This document shows, one piece after another, positions 12,225 through 26,442 of a stretch of DNA of 64,000 nt. The notes beneath the pieces are model-generated. The model was not told where the DNA came from. It made no database searches and saw only the letters and a list, made by a program, of their open reading frames with translations. The position numbers and the translations under genes are program-made. The first letter of the stretch is position 1. Each line of letters starts with the position of its first letter. This DNA is from Squalus acanthias (Eukaryota): assembly GCA_030390025.1 (NCBI GenBank), contig CM059432.1, forward strand, positions 4,898,001 through 4,962,000, given 5' to 3'.

Positions 12225-12862
12225 TAGCAAAATACTGCGGATGCTGGAAATCCGAAATAACAACAGAAAACGCTGGAAAAACTCAGCAGGCCAGGCAGCA
12301 TCCGTGGAGAGAGAGAACTGACGTTCTGACGAAAGGTCTTCGACCTGAAACGTTAACTCTGTTTATCTCTCCACGGACGCTGCCTGACCTGCTGAGTTTT
12401 TCCAGCATTTTCTGAGTGGAACTAGATGGCAGGCTACAATGCAATAAAGCTGCAAGAAGGGTAAGTAAGCCAGCTGAGAATACAATGGAGTTGAGGCAGG
12501 GACAGGAGAACAAGAGGAACTGGGAGCTGCAGAGGGCAGTGGGACAGCAGGGTAGGACCAAAGGGGAAAGACAAGGAAAAGCCTTTTGCTTTGTACAATC
12601 ATCCCTCTTGTCATTTAATCTCTCCTGCCTTCCACCCGATCACAGACCTTCCCTTTTGTTCTTTCCTCCCCTCCCCTCTTTCCCTGCCTCTACACTTGCT
12701 TAAAACCTGTTAAATCTCTAACTTTTTCCAGTGCGGACGAAAGGATATTGACCTGAAACGTTAACTCTGTTTCTCTCTCTACAGATGCTGCCTGACCTGC
12801 TGAGTGCTTCCAGCATTTTCGGTTTTTATTTCAGATTTCCAGCATCTGCAGTATTTTGCTTT
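12225..12862. mobile_element. Penelope-like element terminal-repeat fragments (inverted pair at 12225-12415; further copy at about 12580-12862)
   Basis: Same sequence as the terminal repeat next to the GIY-YIG remnant at 61860-62433; carries a hammerhead-like motif. Confidence 0.7.
12323..12357 (+). ncRNA. Minimal hammerhead ribozyme motif (Penelope-associated)
   Basis: GTT-CTGACGA-A-AGGTC-TTC-GACCT-GAA-ACGT-T-AAC: conserved core, stem II, palindromic ACGT in place of stem III, and a short stem I. Confidence 0.65.
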
Positions 12863-13604
12863 TGGAAAAGCCACAGAGCTTAGTGGGATGATAGAAGAGG
12901 GGTAACAGAGGGAAAATGGGTTTTGGAAGTAAACTATTTCTAAAGCCAAGGATCCCGTATGCCCTTTTAACAGCCTTCTCACCTTGTCCTGCCACCTTCA
13001 AAGATCTGTGTATGTACATAGGAACACAAGAACATAGCAACCCGAGTAGGTCATTTAGCCCCTCGAGTCTGTTCTGCCATTCAATGAGATCATGGTTGAT
13101 CTGTGACCCAACTCCATAGCCTTTGCCCCATATCCCTTAATACCTTTGGGTTAACAAAAATCTATCAATCTCAAATTTAAAATTAACAACTAATCAAAAC
13201 TGCCGTTTGCAGAAGAGAGCTCCAAACTTCTAACACCCTTTGCGTGTAGAAGTGTTTCCTAATTTCACTCCTGAAAGGTTTGGCTCTAATTTTTAGGCTA
13301 TGTCCCCGAGTCCTAGAATCCCCCAGGTCTCTGTGCTCCTGCACCTACAGGTACCAGTCATCCTCTGGTACCTCAACCAACATGCCAATTCTTTTTATAC
13401 AAGTCTGAACAGCAAACGTTGCCAGTCTATTTGACTGGAGCCTAATCCTGTTCTCATCAACTTCCACACCTACACATGAAACTTCTAGTAGGGGCCACTG
13501 GAGAGCGATCGGGAGCAGGAATCCTGGCGGATTTTGGTTCTCTCCCTAGCCCAGGAGTGATGAAGCCAAGTTTAGCACTCTTACGGAGATTACCCAACTT
13601 TTTT

Positions 13605-16070
13605 TTTAATATTATTCGTATATGGGATGTGGGCGTCATGGCAAGGCTGGCATTTATTGCCCATCCCTAATTGCCCTCGAGAAGGTGGTGGTGAGCCGCC
13701 TTCTGGAACCGCTGCAGTCCGTGTAGTGAAGGTGCTCCCACAGTGCTGTTAGGTAGGGAATTCCAGGATTTTGACCCAGCGACAATGAAGGATAGGCAAT
13801 ATACTTCCAAGTCAGGATGGTGTGTGACTTGGAGGTGGTGGTGTTCCCAAGCGCCTGATGCCCTTGTCCTTCTAGGTGGAAGAGGTCGCAGGTTTGGGAG
13901 GTGCTGCCGAAGGAGCCTTGGCAAGTTGCAGCAGTGCATCTTGTAGATGGTACACACTGCAGCCACGGTACGCCGGTGGTGGAGGGAGTGAATGTTTAAG
14001 GTGGTGGATGGGGTACAATCAAGCGGGCTGCTTTGTCCTGGATGGTGTCGAGCTTCTTGAGTGTTGTTGGAGCTGCACTCATCCAGGCAAGTGGACAGTA
14101 TTCCATCACACTCCTTACTTGTACCTTGTAGATGGTAATAAGGCTTTGGGGAGTCAGGAGGTGAGACACTCGCCGCAGAATACCTAGCCTCTGACCTGCT
14201 CTTGCTGCCACAGTATTTATGTGGCTGGTCCAGTTAAGTTTCTGGTCAATGGTGACCCCCAGGATATCGATGGTGGGGGATTTGGCGATGGTAATACCGT
14301 TGAATGTCAAGGGGAGGTGGTTAGAATCTCGTTTGTTGGAGATAGTCATTGCCTGGCAATTCTGTGGCGCAAATGTTACCTGCCACTTATCAGCCCAAGC
14401 CTGAACGTCATCCAGGTCTTGTTGCATGCAGGCATGGACTGCTTCATTATCTGAGGAGTTGTGAATGGCGCTGAACACTGTGCAGGCATCAGCGAACATC
14501 CCCATTTCTGACCTTTTCCTGGAGGGAAGGTCATTGATGAAGCAGCTGAAGATGGTTGGGCCTAGGACACTGCCCTGAGGAACTCCTGCAGCGATGTCCT
14601 GAGGCTGTGATGATTGACCTTCAACCACCACAACCATCTTCCTTTGTGCTAGGTATGACTCCAGCCAGTGGAGCATCTTCCCCCCGCCCCGATTCCCATT
14701 GACTTCAGTTTTACTAGGGCTCCTTGATGCCACACTCGGTCAAATGCTGCCTTGATGTCAAGGGCAGTCACTCTCACCTCACCTCTGGAATCCAGCTCTT
14801 TTGTCCATGTTTGGACCAAGGCTGTAATGAGGTCAGGAGCCGAGTGGTCTTGGCGGAACCCAAACTGGGCAGCTGTGATTGGTGAGTAAGTGTCGCTTGA
14901 TAGCACTGTCGATGACACCTTTCATCACTTTGCTGATGATTGAGAGTAGACTGATAGGGCGGCAATTGGCTGGATTTGTCCTGCTTTTTATGGACAGGAC
15001 ATACCTGGGCAGTTTTCCACATTGTCGGATAGATGCCAGTGTTGTAGCTGTACTGGAACAGCTTGGCTAGAGGCGCGGCTAGTTCTGGTGCACAAGTCTT
15101 CAGCACGATAGCTGGGATGTTGTCGGGGCCCATAGCCTTTGCTGTATCCAGTGTGCTCAGCCGTTTCTTGATATCACGTGGAGTGAATCGAATTGGCTGA
15201 AGACTGGCTTCTGTGATGGTGGGGACCTCAGGAGTAGGCCGATATGGATCATCCACTCAGCACTTCTGGCTGAAGATGGTTGCAAACGCTTCAGCCTTGT
15301 CTTTTGCACTCACGTGCTAGGCTCCACCATCATTGAGGCTGGGGATATTCATGGAGCCTCCTCCTCCCGTTAGTTGTTTAATGGTCCACCACCATTCACG
15401 ACTGGATGTGGCAGGACTACAGAGCTTTGATCTGATCAGTTGATTGTGGGATCACTTAGCCCTGTCTATAGCATGCTGCTTCTGCTTTTTAGCATACATG
15501 TAGTCCTGTGTTGCAGCTTCCCCAGGTTGGCACCTCATTTTTAGGTACGCCCGGTGCTGCTCCTGGCATGTTCTTCTGCACTCCTTATTGAACCAGGTTT
15601 GGTCCCCTGGCTTGATGGTAATGGTAGAGTGAGGGATATGCCGGGCCATGAGGTTACAGATTGTGGTGGAATACAATTCTGCTGCTGCTGATGGTCCACA
15701 GTGCCCATGGATGTCCAGTTTTGAGCTGCTAGATCTGTTCTGAATCTATCCCATTGAGCACGGTGGTAGTGCCACACAACATGATGGAGTGTGTCCTCAG
15801 TGTGAAGGTGGGACTGCGTCTCCACAATGACTGTGCTGTGGTCACTGCTACCAATACTGTCATGGACAGATGCATCTGCGACAGGTAGATTGGTGAGGAC
15901 GAGGTCAAGTAGGTTTTTCCCCTCGTGTTGGTTCTCTCACCACCTGTCGCAGGCCCAGACTGGCAGCTATGTCGTTGAGGACTCGGCCAGCTCGGTCAGT
16001 AGTGGTGCTACCGAGGCCACTCTTGGTGATGGACATTGAAGTCTCCCAGCCAGAGTACATTCTGTGCCCT
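13605..16070 (-). mobile_element. CR1-superfamily LINE, second family, frameshifted (endonuclease end plus RT)
   Basis: ORF pieces KAMGPDNIP, ALDIKAAFDRVWH, GVPQGSVLGP and FADAC. The 3' end gggcaattagggatgggcaataaatg recurs at 17395-17965, 26975-27308 and 42460-42755. Confidence 0.9.
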
Positions 16071-17149
16071 GTACAAGGGCACTCAGTACAAGCTTCGGAT
16101 CAAATCTGGAACATCCCTATTCTATGTAACGTAGTACCTCACTAGGCGATGCATTCACCCAACAGACCACCCCTTGTATTTTTTTCCCCCAATCATTCTG
16201 CTTAACCTTGATTTAGTTATCAGAATTTAAACAACAAGGAAAGTTTAAATTAGTTAGATTTGCTTTCCTGGAAAATGAGGCAACTTCAAAGTGATCCAGT
16301 TGAAGGGAAATGGGAAAAAATTAATCCAAGTATTCAAGTAACAGAGGACTCAAAATAAAATTAGAAAGTTAGGAGGAAACGAAGAGGCCAGGTGGAACTT
16401 TTTCATCTGAAGTGTAATAGAGCCGACAAATAGGTTCCCAGAGATAGTCGTTGAAGTCGATAGTAGAAATGAGTTTCAACAAACAATTAGATGGACAAAA
16501 AAAAAATTCAGGAATATGATGTGAAGGCAGATAGGCGGGGTTGATTGCTGAAGAAGGGACAGGCTTTTTGAGTCTAATGGCCTTTTTCAAGTCCTAAAAA
16601 TTCTCATTCAAATCACTGCGATATTGGTCTTCCTATTTTCTCACTTCTTTTCAATGTCCCTTAAAGTAATTAGAGGACAACACCAACATATGAAGAAAGG
16701 AAGGAAAAAGAAAAGAAAGACAGACTTGCATTTCTATAGCGCCTTTCATGACCTCAGGATGTCCCAAAGCGCTTTACAGCCAATGAAGTACTTCTGAAGT
16801 GTAGTCACTGGTGTAATGTAGGATATGTTATAAGCTGGTTCTTTGATTCATTCATTCATAAATCAAGGTTAGCTCCGTAATCTTATTTGTGCTCAGAAGT
16901 ATATTTGGAAAAAGTTCAGGACATTGAACGCATTTTCTCCTCAGTCAGGTTGCGAGAGTTAACCTCTCCCCTCGAGACATGGGGCCATGTTCCATCAGTC
17001 CATCCCAGTCATAACCTCCTGCTGACAATTGTACACAGCATGTACTTCACCCTGCTTAGATGCAATTCTGACTCCCTTCAACACAATCAGATGGTTCTCC
17101 AACTGGCTGAATGTTTTATGACTCTCAATAATGTTTTCCCCCTTTTAAT

Positions 17150-17298
17150 AATGATGTGGAGATGCCAGTGTTGGACTGGGGTAGACAAATGTGAGAAGTC
17201 GCACAACACCAAGTTATAGTCCAACAGCTTTATTTGAAATCAAATGTGATTTCAAATAAACCTGTTGGACTATAACTTGGTGTTGTGCGACTTCTCAC
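17150..17298. repeat. Penelope-type inverted terminal repeat forming a 52-bp hairpin
   Basis: 17191-17242 pairs with 17247-17298 with one mismatch and a 4-nt loop. The sequence is shared with 26757-26800. Confidence 0.8.
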
Positions 17299-17394
17299 CC
17301 TTTTAATAAAGTATGTCATTAAGTATTCATTAGCTTTGGGCAATACTGGTCACTAAATAGTGCATATTTGGTTTACTCTGAAATGTGAGAATAT

Positions 17395-17965
17395 ACCTCC
17401 CGACTCCCCAAAGCCTTTCCACCATCTACAAGGCACAAGTCAGGAGTGTGATGGAATACTCTCCACTTGCCTGGATGAGTGCAGCTCCAACAAGACTCAA
17501 GAAACTCGACACCATCCAGGACAAAGCAGCCCACTTGATTAGCACCCCATCCATCACCTTAAACATTCACTCCCTCCACCACCGGCGTACCGTGGCTGCA
17601 GTGTGTACCATCTACAAGATGCACTGCAGCAACTCGCCAAGGCTTCTTAACAGCACATCCCAAACCCGCGTCCTTCTTCACCTAGAAGGACAAGGGCAGC
17701 TGGCGCATGGGAACACCATCACCTCCAAGTTCCCATCCAAGTCACACACCATCCTGACCTAGAAATATATCGCTGTTCTTTCATCATCGCTGGGTCAAAA
17801 TCCTGGCACTCCCTCCCCAACAGCAATGTGGGAGTATCTTCACCACACGGACTGCAGCGGTTCAAGAAGGCGGCTCACCACAACCTTCTCAAGGGTAATT
17901 AGGGATGGGCAATAAATGCTGGCCTTGCCAGTGATGCCAACATCCCAGGAATGAGTCAAAAAATA
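17395..17965 (+). mobile_element. 3' fragment of the second CR1-superfamily LINE family
   Basis: ORF 17385-17762 (YKAQVRSVMEYSPLAW...) plus the shared 3' end. Confidence 0.85.
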
Positions 17966-18149
17966 CAATAAACTTGTTATAGTTGTGCATGAAAAAAAAC
18001 ATTTTGGTAAAAATCCCAGGGGGAAACAAAGAGTCCTGGTACACCATCAAATGGCATCTCAGTACAGAACAAAATAATTCTATATGCTGATTATAATAAT
18101 TCACATTAGTTACCCAGTGAGAGAACAGATGGTTACATGTCAGTAAACA

Positions 18150-21100
18150 TGTCACTTCCTGTGTCCCTGACAACCATGTGTGCGGGAGGTGTATCCAGCT
18201 GCAGCTACTGACAGACCGCATTGCGGCGCTGGAGCTGCGGATGGATGCATACTGGAGCATTCGCGATGCTGAGGAAATCGTGGATAGCACGTTTAGGGAG
18301 TTGGTCACACCGCAGGTAAAGGGTGTACAGGCAGGAAGGGAATGGGTGACCACCAGGCAGAGTAATAGGCGCAGGCAGGTAGTGCAGGGGTCCCCTGTGG
18401 CCATCCCCCTCACAAACAGATATACCGCTTTGGATATTGTTGAGGCAGATGGCTTATCAAGGGAAGACAGCAGCAGCCAACTTCCCAGCACCGTAGGTGG
18501 TTCTGCTGCACAGGATGGGAGGAAAAAGAGTGGGAGAGCTATAGTGATAGGGGATTCTATTGTAAGGGGAATAGATAGGCGTTTCTGCGGCCGCAAACGA
18601 GACTCCAGGATGGTATGTTGCCTCCCTGGTGCAAGGGTCAAGGATGTCACAGAGCGGCTACAGAGCATTTTGGAAGGGGAGGGTGAACAGCCAATTGTCG
18701 TGGTGCATATAGGTACCAATGATATAGGTAAAAAAACGGGATGAGGTCCTAAAAGCAGAATATAGGGAGTTAGGAGGTAAATTAAAAAATAGGACCTCTA
18801 AGGTAGTAATCTCAGGATTGCTACCAGTGCCATGTGCTAGTCAGAGTAGAAATAGAAGGATATTTCAAATGAATACATGGCTAGAGGAATGGTGCAAGGG
18901 GGAGGGATTCAAATTCCTGGGGCATTGGAACCGGTTCTGGGGGAGGTGGGACCAGTACAAACCGGACGGTCTACACCTGGGCAGGGCCGGGAACGATGTC
19001 CTAGGGGGAGTGTTTGCAAGTGCTCTGGGGGAGGGTTTAAACTAAAATGGCAGGGGGTTGGGAACCTGAGCAGGGAGACAGAGGAAAGGGAAACAAGGAC
19101 AAAAGCAAAAGACAGGAAGGAGGAAAACAAAAGTGGCAGTCAGAGAAAACAACGGTTTAAATCAAACATGGCCACAGTAAATACTAATTCTAATAGGTCT
19201 AAGAGCGTTAAAAAAACAAGCCTGAAGGCTTTATGTCTTAATGCAAGGAGCATTCGGAACAAGGTAAACGAATATGATTTGATTGGGATTACCGAAACAT
19301 GGCTCCAGGGTGGCCAAGGCTGGGAACTCAACATCCAGGGGTACTCAATATTCAGGAAAGATAGGCAAAAAGGAAAGGGAGGTGGGGTAGCATTGCTGGT
19401 TAAAGAGGGGATTAACACAATTGTAAGGAAGGATATTAGCTCTGATGATGTGGAATCTGTATGGGTTGAACTGAGAAATAACAAGGGGCAGAAAACGTTA
19501 GTGGGAGTGATATATAGACCTCCAAACAGTAATGCGGAGGTTGGGGATGGCAATAAAAGGGAAATTAGAGAAGCGTGCAATAAGGGCACAGCAGTCATCA
19601 TGGGTGACTTTAAGCTACATATAGATTGGGCTAACCAAATTAGTAACAATACTATGGAGGAGGAATTCCTGGAGTGTTTACGGGATGGTTTCCTGGACCA
19701 ATATGTCGAGGAACCAACCAGAGATCAAGCCATCTTAGACTGGGTATTATGCAATGAGAAAGGATTAATTAGCAATCTTGTTGTGCGAGGCCTCTTGGGT
19801 CGGAGCGATCATAATATGATCGAATTCTTCATTAGGATGGAGAGTGAAGTAGTTGACTCAGAGACTAGGGTCCTGAATTAGCTACATCATTACATAAATT
19901 TAAAACAGAAATACACAGTTTCCTAGAAGTAAAGGGAATTAAGGGTTACGGGGAGCGGGCAGGAATTTGGACATGGGTCTAGGTTCGGATCGGTCATGGC
20001 CCTGTGGGTAGCGTAGCGGGCCCAGGGGCCGTGTAGCCTGATCCTGCTCCTATTTCGTGTGTCCAATTCTGTTAGGTTCAGGAGATGGTTCTGTGATAGT
20101 AGATTGGCGGTTAGGATCAGATCAGCCATGATCTTATTGAATGGCGGAGCAGGCTCGAGGGGCCAATTGGCCTACTCCTGCTCCTATTTCTTATGTTCTT
20201 ATGTTCTTATTTAAAGAAAGGAAACTACGATGGTATGAGGCGCGAGTTGGGTAGGATTGATTGGGAAATGTCACTCAAAGGGTTGACGGTGGATAGGCAA
20301 TGGCAAACATTCAAAGAATTTGTTCATCCCAGTTTGGCATAAGAATAAAACAAAAAGGGTGACTCAACCGTGGGATAGCATAAGATCCAAGGAGAGGGCA
20401 TATAAATTGGCCAGAAAAAGCAGTAACCCTGAGGATTGGGAGCAGTTTAAGATTCAACAAAGGAGGACAAAGGGATTAATTAAGAAGGGGAAAATAGAAT
20501 ACGAGAGTAAGCTTGCAGGGAACATAAAAACTGACTGTAAAAGCTTTTATAGTTATGTGAAGAGAAAAAGATTAGTGAAATCAAGCATAGGTCCCTTGCA
20601 GTCAGAATCAGGGGAAGTTATAATGGGGAACAAAGAAATGTCAGGCCAATTAAATACATATTTTGGTTCTGTCTTCACAAAGGAGGACACAAATAACCTC
20701 CCAGAGATGTTGGGGAACATAGGGTCTGATGAAAGGGAGGAACTGAAAGAAATCAGTACTTGTCGGGAAATAGTGTTCGGGAAATTGAAGGGATTGAAGG
20801 CCGATAAATCCCCAGGGCCTGATAATCTACATCCTAGGGTACTTAAGGAAGTGGCCCTAGAAGTAGTAGATGCATTGCTGATCATCTTCCAACATTCGAT
20901 GGAATCTGGAACAGTACCCATGGATTGGAGGGTAGCTAATGTTACCCCACTATTCAAAGAGGGTGGTAGAGAGAAAGCGGGGAATTACAGACCGGTAAGC
21001 CTGACATCGGTAGTGGGGAAAATGCTGGAGTCCATTATAAAAGATGTAATAGCTGAGCACTTGGAAAATAGTGACAGGATCGGACAAAGTCAACATGGAT

Positions 21101-22385
21101 TTACAAAAGGTAACTCATGCTTGACTAATCTACTGGAATTTTTTGAGGATGTAACTGGTAAAATAGATAAGGGAGAACCAGTGGAAGTGGTGTATTTGGA
21201 CTTCCAAAAGGCTTTTGATAAGGTCCCGCATAAGAGATTAGCATGTAAAGTTAAGGCACATGGGATTGGGGGCAAGGTATTGACTTGGATAGAGAACTGG
21301 TTGGCAGATAGAAAGCAAAGAGTTGGAATAAACGGGTCTTTTTCCGAGTGGCAGGCAGTGACTAGTGGGGTACCGCAGGGATCGGTCCTTGGACCCCAGC
21401 TATTCACAATATATATTAATGATCTAGACAAGGGAACTAGATGTAATATCTCCAAGTTTGCAGATGACACAAAACTGGGTGGGAGTGTGTGCTGCGAGGA
21501 GGATGCCGAGAAACTCCAGGATGATTTGGACAGGTTGGGTGATTGGGCAGAAGCGTGGCAGATGCAATATAACGTGGATAAATGCGAGGTTATCCACTTT
21601 GGTGTCAAAAACAGAAAGGCAGATTATTATCTGAATGGCAATAGATTGGGAGAAGGGGAAGTGCAACGAGACCTGGGTGTCATTGTGCACCAGTCGCTGA
21701 AGGTAAGCATGCAGGTGCAGCAGGCGGTTAAGGCGGCAAATGGTATGTTGGCCTTCATAGCGAGAGGGTTTGAGTACAGGAACAAGGATGTCTTGCCGCA
21801 GTTGTACAGGGCCTTGGTGAGACCACACCTTGATTACTGTGTGCAGTTTTGGTCGCCTTATCTGAGGAAGGATGTTCTTGCCATGGAAGGAGTTCAGCGA
21901 AGATTCACAAGGCTGATACCTGGGATGGCAGGAATGACATATGAAGAGAGATTGGGTCGATTGGGCTTATACTCGCTGGAGTTTAGAAGAATGAGAGGGG
22001 ATCTCATTGAAACTTATAAAATTCTGACAGGACAGGACAAACTAGATGCAGGAAGGATGTTCCCGATGGTCGGGGAGTCCAGAACCAGGGGTCACAGTCT
22101 AAGGATAAGGGGTAAGCCATTTAGAAATGAGGAGGAATTTCTTCACCCAGAGAGTGGTGAACCTGTGGAATTCTCTACCACAGAAGGTAGTAGAGGCCAA
22201 TTCATTAAATATATTCAAGAAGGAGTTGGATATATTTCTTAAGGCTAAAGGGATCAAGGGATATGGGGAGAAAGCAGGGACAGGGTACTGAATTTGGATG
22301 ATCAGCCATGATCGCATTGAATGGTGGAGCAGGCTCGAGGGGCCGAATGGCCTACTCCTGCTCCTATCTTCTATAATTCTATGAT
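18150..22385 (+). mobile_element. Near-full-length HER1-like CR1 LINE: ORF1 (zinc-finger start plus SGNH esterase) and ORF2 (APE endonuclease plus RT); frameshifted and interrupted
   Basis: ORF1 motifs IVIGDSIVRG, CLPGARVKDV, VHIGTNDIG and DGLHL. APE motifs LNARSIRNK, IGITETW, GGGVAL, IMGDF and SDH. RT ORF at 20320-22242, 3' UTR to about 22385, and an insertion at 19881-20210. Confidence 0.93.
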
Positions 22386-22717
22386 ACCCAACTCACAGGG
22401 GCGCAGGCAGCCACTGCTATGAATCGGCAATGTTGCACTGTGTATTCAATGCTATGAATCCAGGTGGTGCTATGAAATTTCATCTCAGAATCGGGACAAT
22501 TGTATATCTTTAAGAAAACTTTATGTTTAATAAGTGGGCTGACGCGATCAGCTGAACGAGGCAAACAAACATCAAGAATTATTGCCCGCCCCAGGGGTTG
22601 GGGGAGGGGGGAGAGGGGAAATGCGGGAAAGAGAGGCAAATATCTTTAAGTGAAATATGCATGCAGATATATGTTGTTCTTATTGAAGAATACCACCTTG
22701 ACTCAGGATATTCTTTA

Positions 22718-25700
22718 TCATAGAAGTTTACAGCACAGAAGGAGGCCATTCGGCCCATCGTGTCTGTGCCAGCCAAAAAAAAGCCATCCAGCCTAATCCC
22801 ACTTTCCAGCTCTTGGTCTGTAGCCCTGTAGATTACGGCACTTCAAGTGCATATCCAAGTACATTTTTTAAATGCGGTGAGTCTTTCTGCCTCTACCACC
22901 CTTTCAGGCAGTGAGTTCCAGACCCGCACCACCCTCTAGGTAAAAAAAAGTTCTCCTCAACTCCCCTCTAATCCTTCTACCAATTACTTTAAATCTATTC
23001 CCCCTGGTTATTGACCTCTCTATACCCATTCATTCTAGGATTTTTTCTTTCAATAATTTAAAGTGCATCAGTGAGAGCTATTTTTAAAAATGCCAATTTC
23101 TTCCTGTATTGTAATATGAAGCACAATTCTTCCCCACCTCAAATTCAACCTTTGAATGGGAGCCAGAGGCACAGGGGAGCTGCTGTGTTTTGCAGACACT
23201 CTTAATTGGAATGCAGCAATAAAAACATCTTAAAGCAGCAACCTACATTAACTTTAAAACAAATAGAAAAGTATTCATCTGTAGGTATAATTATATTTTT
23301 CAGAATAAAAAGCATTTAGTAAAGTAGAAGTGGACTAATGCGCTACAACAACAGGCACAGTCACGACAGCAGTGCTTACTTACAGCAGTGATAAATTGTC
23401 ATTCAGTAATGGTACATAGTAGAAACGTCAAAGATTTCCGTGCTCGTGGTTTAATTGAGCGAGGCTAAAAAGCCATGTGTGTTCGCAAATTTCATAAGAC
23501 AAGACAATTAGGAGAGCGAGGAGCGTAGTTGACTGCACTGCAGGGCACAGCCATAGGTTTAGCTCAATCAAATCCAAGGGAATACAGTTACGTGGATAGA
23601 CTGGAGAAGCTGGGGTTGTTCATCTTGGAGCAGAGAAGGCTAAGAGGAGATTTGATAGAGGCGTTTAAAATCATGAAGGGCTTAGATAGAGTAAATAAAG
23701 AGAAACGGTTTCCAGTGGCTGAAGGGTCGATAACCAGAAGACACAGATTTAAGGTGATTGGCAAAAGATCCGGAGGCGACATGAGGAACAGCTTTTTTTT
23801 CACAACACATGGTTAGGATTTGGAATGCACTACCTGATAGAGTGGTGGATACAGATTCAATATTAGCCTTCCAAAGGGAATGTGATAAATACTGGAAGGA
23901 GAAAAATTGCAGGGATATGGGGAAAGAGCGGGGGAGTGGGACTAACTGGATTGCTCTTCGAAGGAGCCGGCGCAGACTCGATGGGCGAATGGCCTCCTTT
24001 TGTGGTGTACTCATAGAATTCTACGGCACAGAAGGAGGTCTTTCGGCCCATCTTGTCCAAGCCAGCTGACAAAGAGCTATCCAGCCTAATCCCACTTTCC
24101 AGCTCTTGGTCCATAGCCCTGCAGGTTACAGCACTTAAAGTGCATATCCAAGTACTTTTTAAATGTGATGAGGGTTTCTGCCTCTACCACCCTTTCAGGG
24201 AGTGCGTTCCAAACCCCCATCACCCTCTGGGTGAGAGAAGTTCTCCTCAACTCTCCTCTAAGCCTTCTACCAATTACTTTAAATCTATGCCCCCTGGTTA
24301 CTGATCTCTGCTGGGGGAAATAGGTCCTTCCTATCCATTCTATCTCAGCCCCTCATAATTTTATACACCTCAATCAAGTCTCCCCTCAGCCTTGTAAACT
24401 ACATGGGTACATCAAATGCACTACCCTCATCAACCCTCCTTGTTACCTCCTCAAAAAATTCAATCAAGTTAATCAGACACGACCTTCCCTTAACAAATCC
24501 ATGCTGACTGTCCTTGAAACATAGAAACATAGAAAAATAGGAGCAGGAGTAGGCCATTTGGCCCTTCGAGCCTGCTCCGCCATTCATTATGATCATGGCT
24601 GATCCTCTATCTCAATACCGTATTCCTGCTCTCTCCCCATACCTCTTGATGCCTTTTGTGTCCAGATTAATCCGTGCCTTTCTAAATACTGTCCCTCAGA
24701 ATTTTTTCCAACAATTTGCCCACCACCGAGGTTAGGCTGACTGGCCTGTAATTACTCGGTCTATCCCTTTCTCCCTTTTTAAACAACGGTACGATGTTAG
24801 CAGTCCTCCAGTAGCCAGGCCCAGGCACCACACCTGTAGCCAGAGAGGATTGAAAAATGATGGTCAGAGCCTCCGCTATTTCCTCCCTTACCAAACAGCC
24901 TGGGATACATTTCATCTGGGCCTGGCGACCTATCAACTTTCAAAGATGCTAAACCCCTTAATACATCCTCTCTCACTATGTTTATCTCATCAAATATTTC
25001 ACACTCCTCCTCCTTAACTACAACGTCTGTATCGTACTTCTCTTTTGTGAAGACAGGCGCAAAGTATTTATTAAGAACCATACCCACGTCTTCCGTCTCC
25101 ACACACAAGCTTTCTTTTTGGTCTCTAATAGGCCCTACTCTTTCTTCAGTTATCTTCTTGCTCTTTATGTATTTATAAAAACATCTTTGGGTTTTCCTTG
25201 ATTTTACTTGCCCTCTCTTCGCTTTGCTAATTTCACCCCTGCACTTTCTATACTCCTCTAGGCGTTCTGCGGTATTTAGCTCTCAGTATCAGTTATATTG
25301 CCACCTGGGATCTGAGGAGGAGATCCCTCCAGATGAGAGAAGTGCAGAGGCTGCAAAGGGTCCAATTAGCGAAGTAACAGGAAATAGAAAATAGTGGTGA
25401 ACGGTTGTTTATCGGACTGGAGGAAGATACACAGTGGTGTTCCCCAGGGGTCGGTTCTCGGACCACTGCTTTTCTTGATGTATATTAATGACTTGGACTT
25501 GGGTGTACAGGGCACAATTTCAAAATTTGCAGATGACACAAAACTTGGAAGTATAGTGAACAGTGAGGAGGATAGTGATAGACTTCAAGAGGACATAGAC
25601 AGGCTGGTGGAATGGGAAAACATGTGGCAGATTAAATTTAACGCAGAAAAGTTTGAAGTGATACATTTTGGTAGGAAGAATGAAGAGAGGCAATATAAAC

Positions 25701-26442
25701 TAAAGGGTACAATCCTAAAGGGGTGCATGAACCGAGAGACCTGGGGGTATATGTGCAGACATCATTGAAGGTGGCAGGGCAGGTTGAGAAAGCGGTTAAA
25801 AAAGCATACAGGATCCTGGGCTTCATAAATAGAGGTAGAGTACAAAAGCAAGGACGTTATGATGAACCTTTATAAAACACTGGTTCGGCCTCAACTGGTA
25901 TATTGTGTCCAATTCTGGGCAGCGCACTTTAGGAAGGATATGAAGGCCTTGGAGAGGGTGCAAAAAACATTTACAAGAATGGTTCCAGGGATGAGGGACT
26001 TCAGTTACGTGGATAGACTAGAGAAGCTGGGGTTGTTCTCCTTAGAGCAGAGAAGGTTGAGAGGAGATTTGATAGAGGTGTTCCAAATCATGAAGGGTCT
26101 AGACAGAGTAGAGAGAGAGAGAAACTGTTCCCATTGGTGGAAAAGGTCGAGAACCAGAGGACACAGATTTAAGGTGATTGGCAGAAGAAGCAAAGGCGAC
26201 ATGAGGAAAAAAAATTTTACGCAGCGAGTGGTTAGGATCGGGAATGCACTGCTTGAAAGGGTGGTGGAGGCAGATTCAATCGTGGCTTTCAAAAAAGAAT
26301 TGGATAAGTACCTGAAGGAAAAAAATTTGCAGGGCTACGGGGAAAGGGCGGGGGGAGTAGGACTAGCTGAAGTGCTCTTGCAGAGAGCCAGCACAGGCTC
26401 AATGGGCCGAATGGCCTCCTTCTGTGCTGTAACCATTCTATG
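22718..26442. mobile_element. Cluster of nested CR1 fragments: 22718-23020 (-), 23585-24008 (+), 24012-25290 (-), 25385-26442 (+)
   Basis: ORFs 23529, 24682, 24797, 25394 and 25859 encode RT or C-terminal pieces; several 3' tails are present. Confidence 0.8.
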
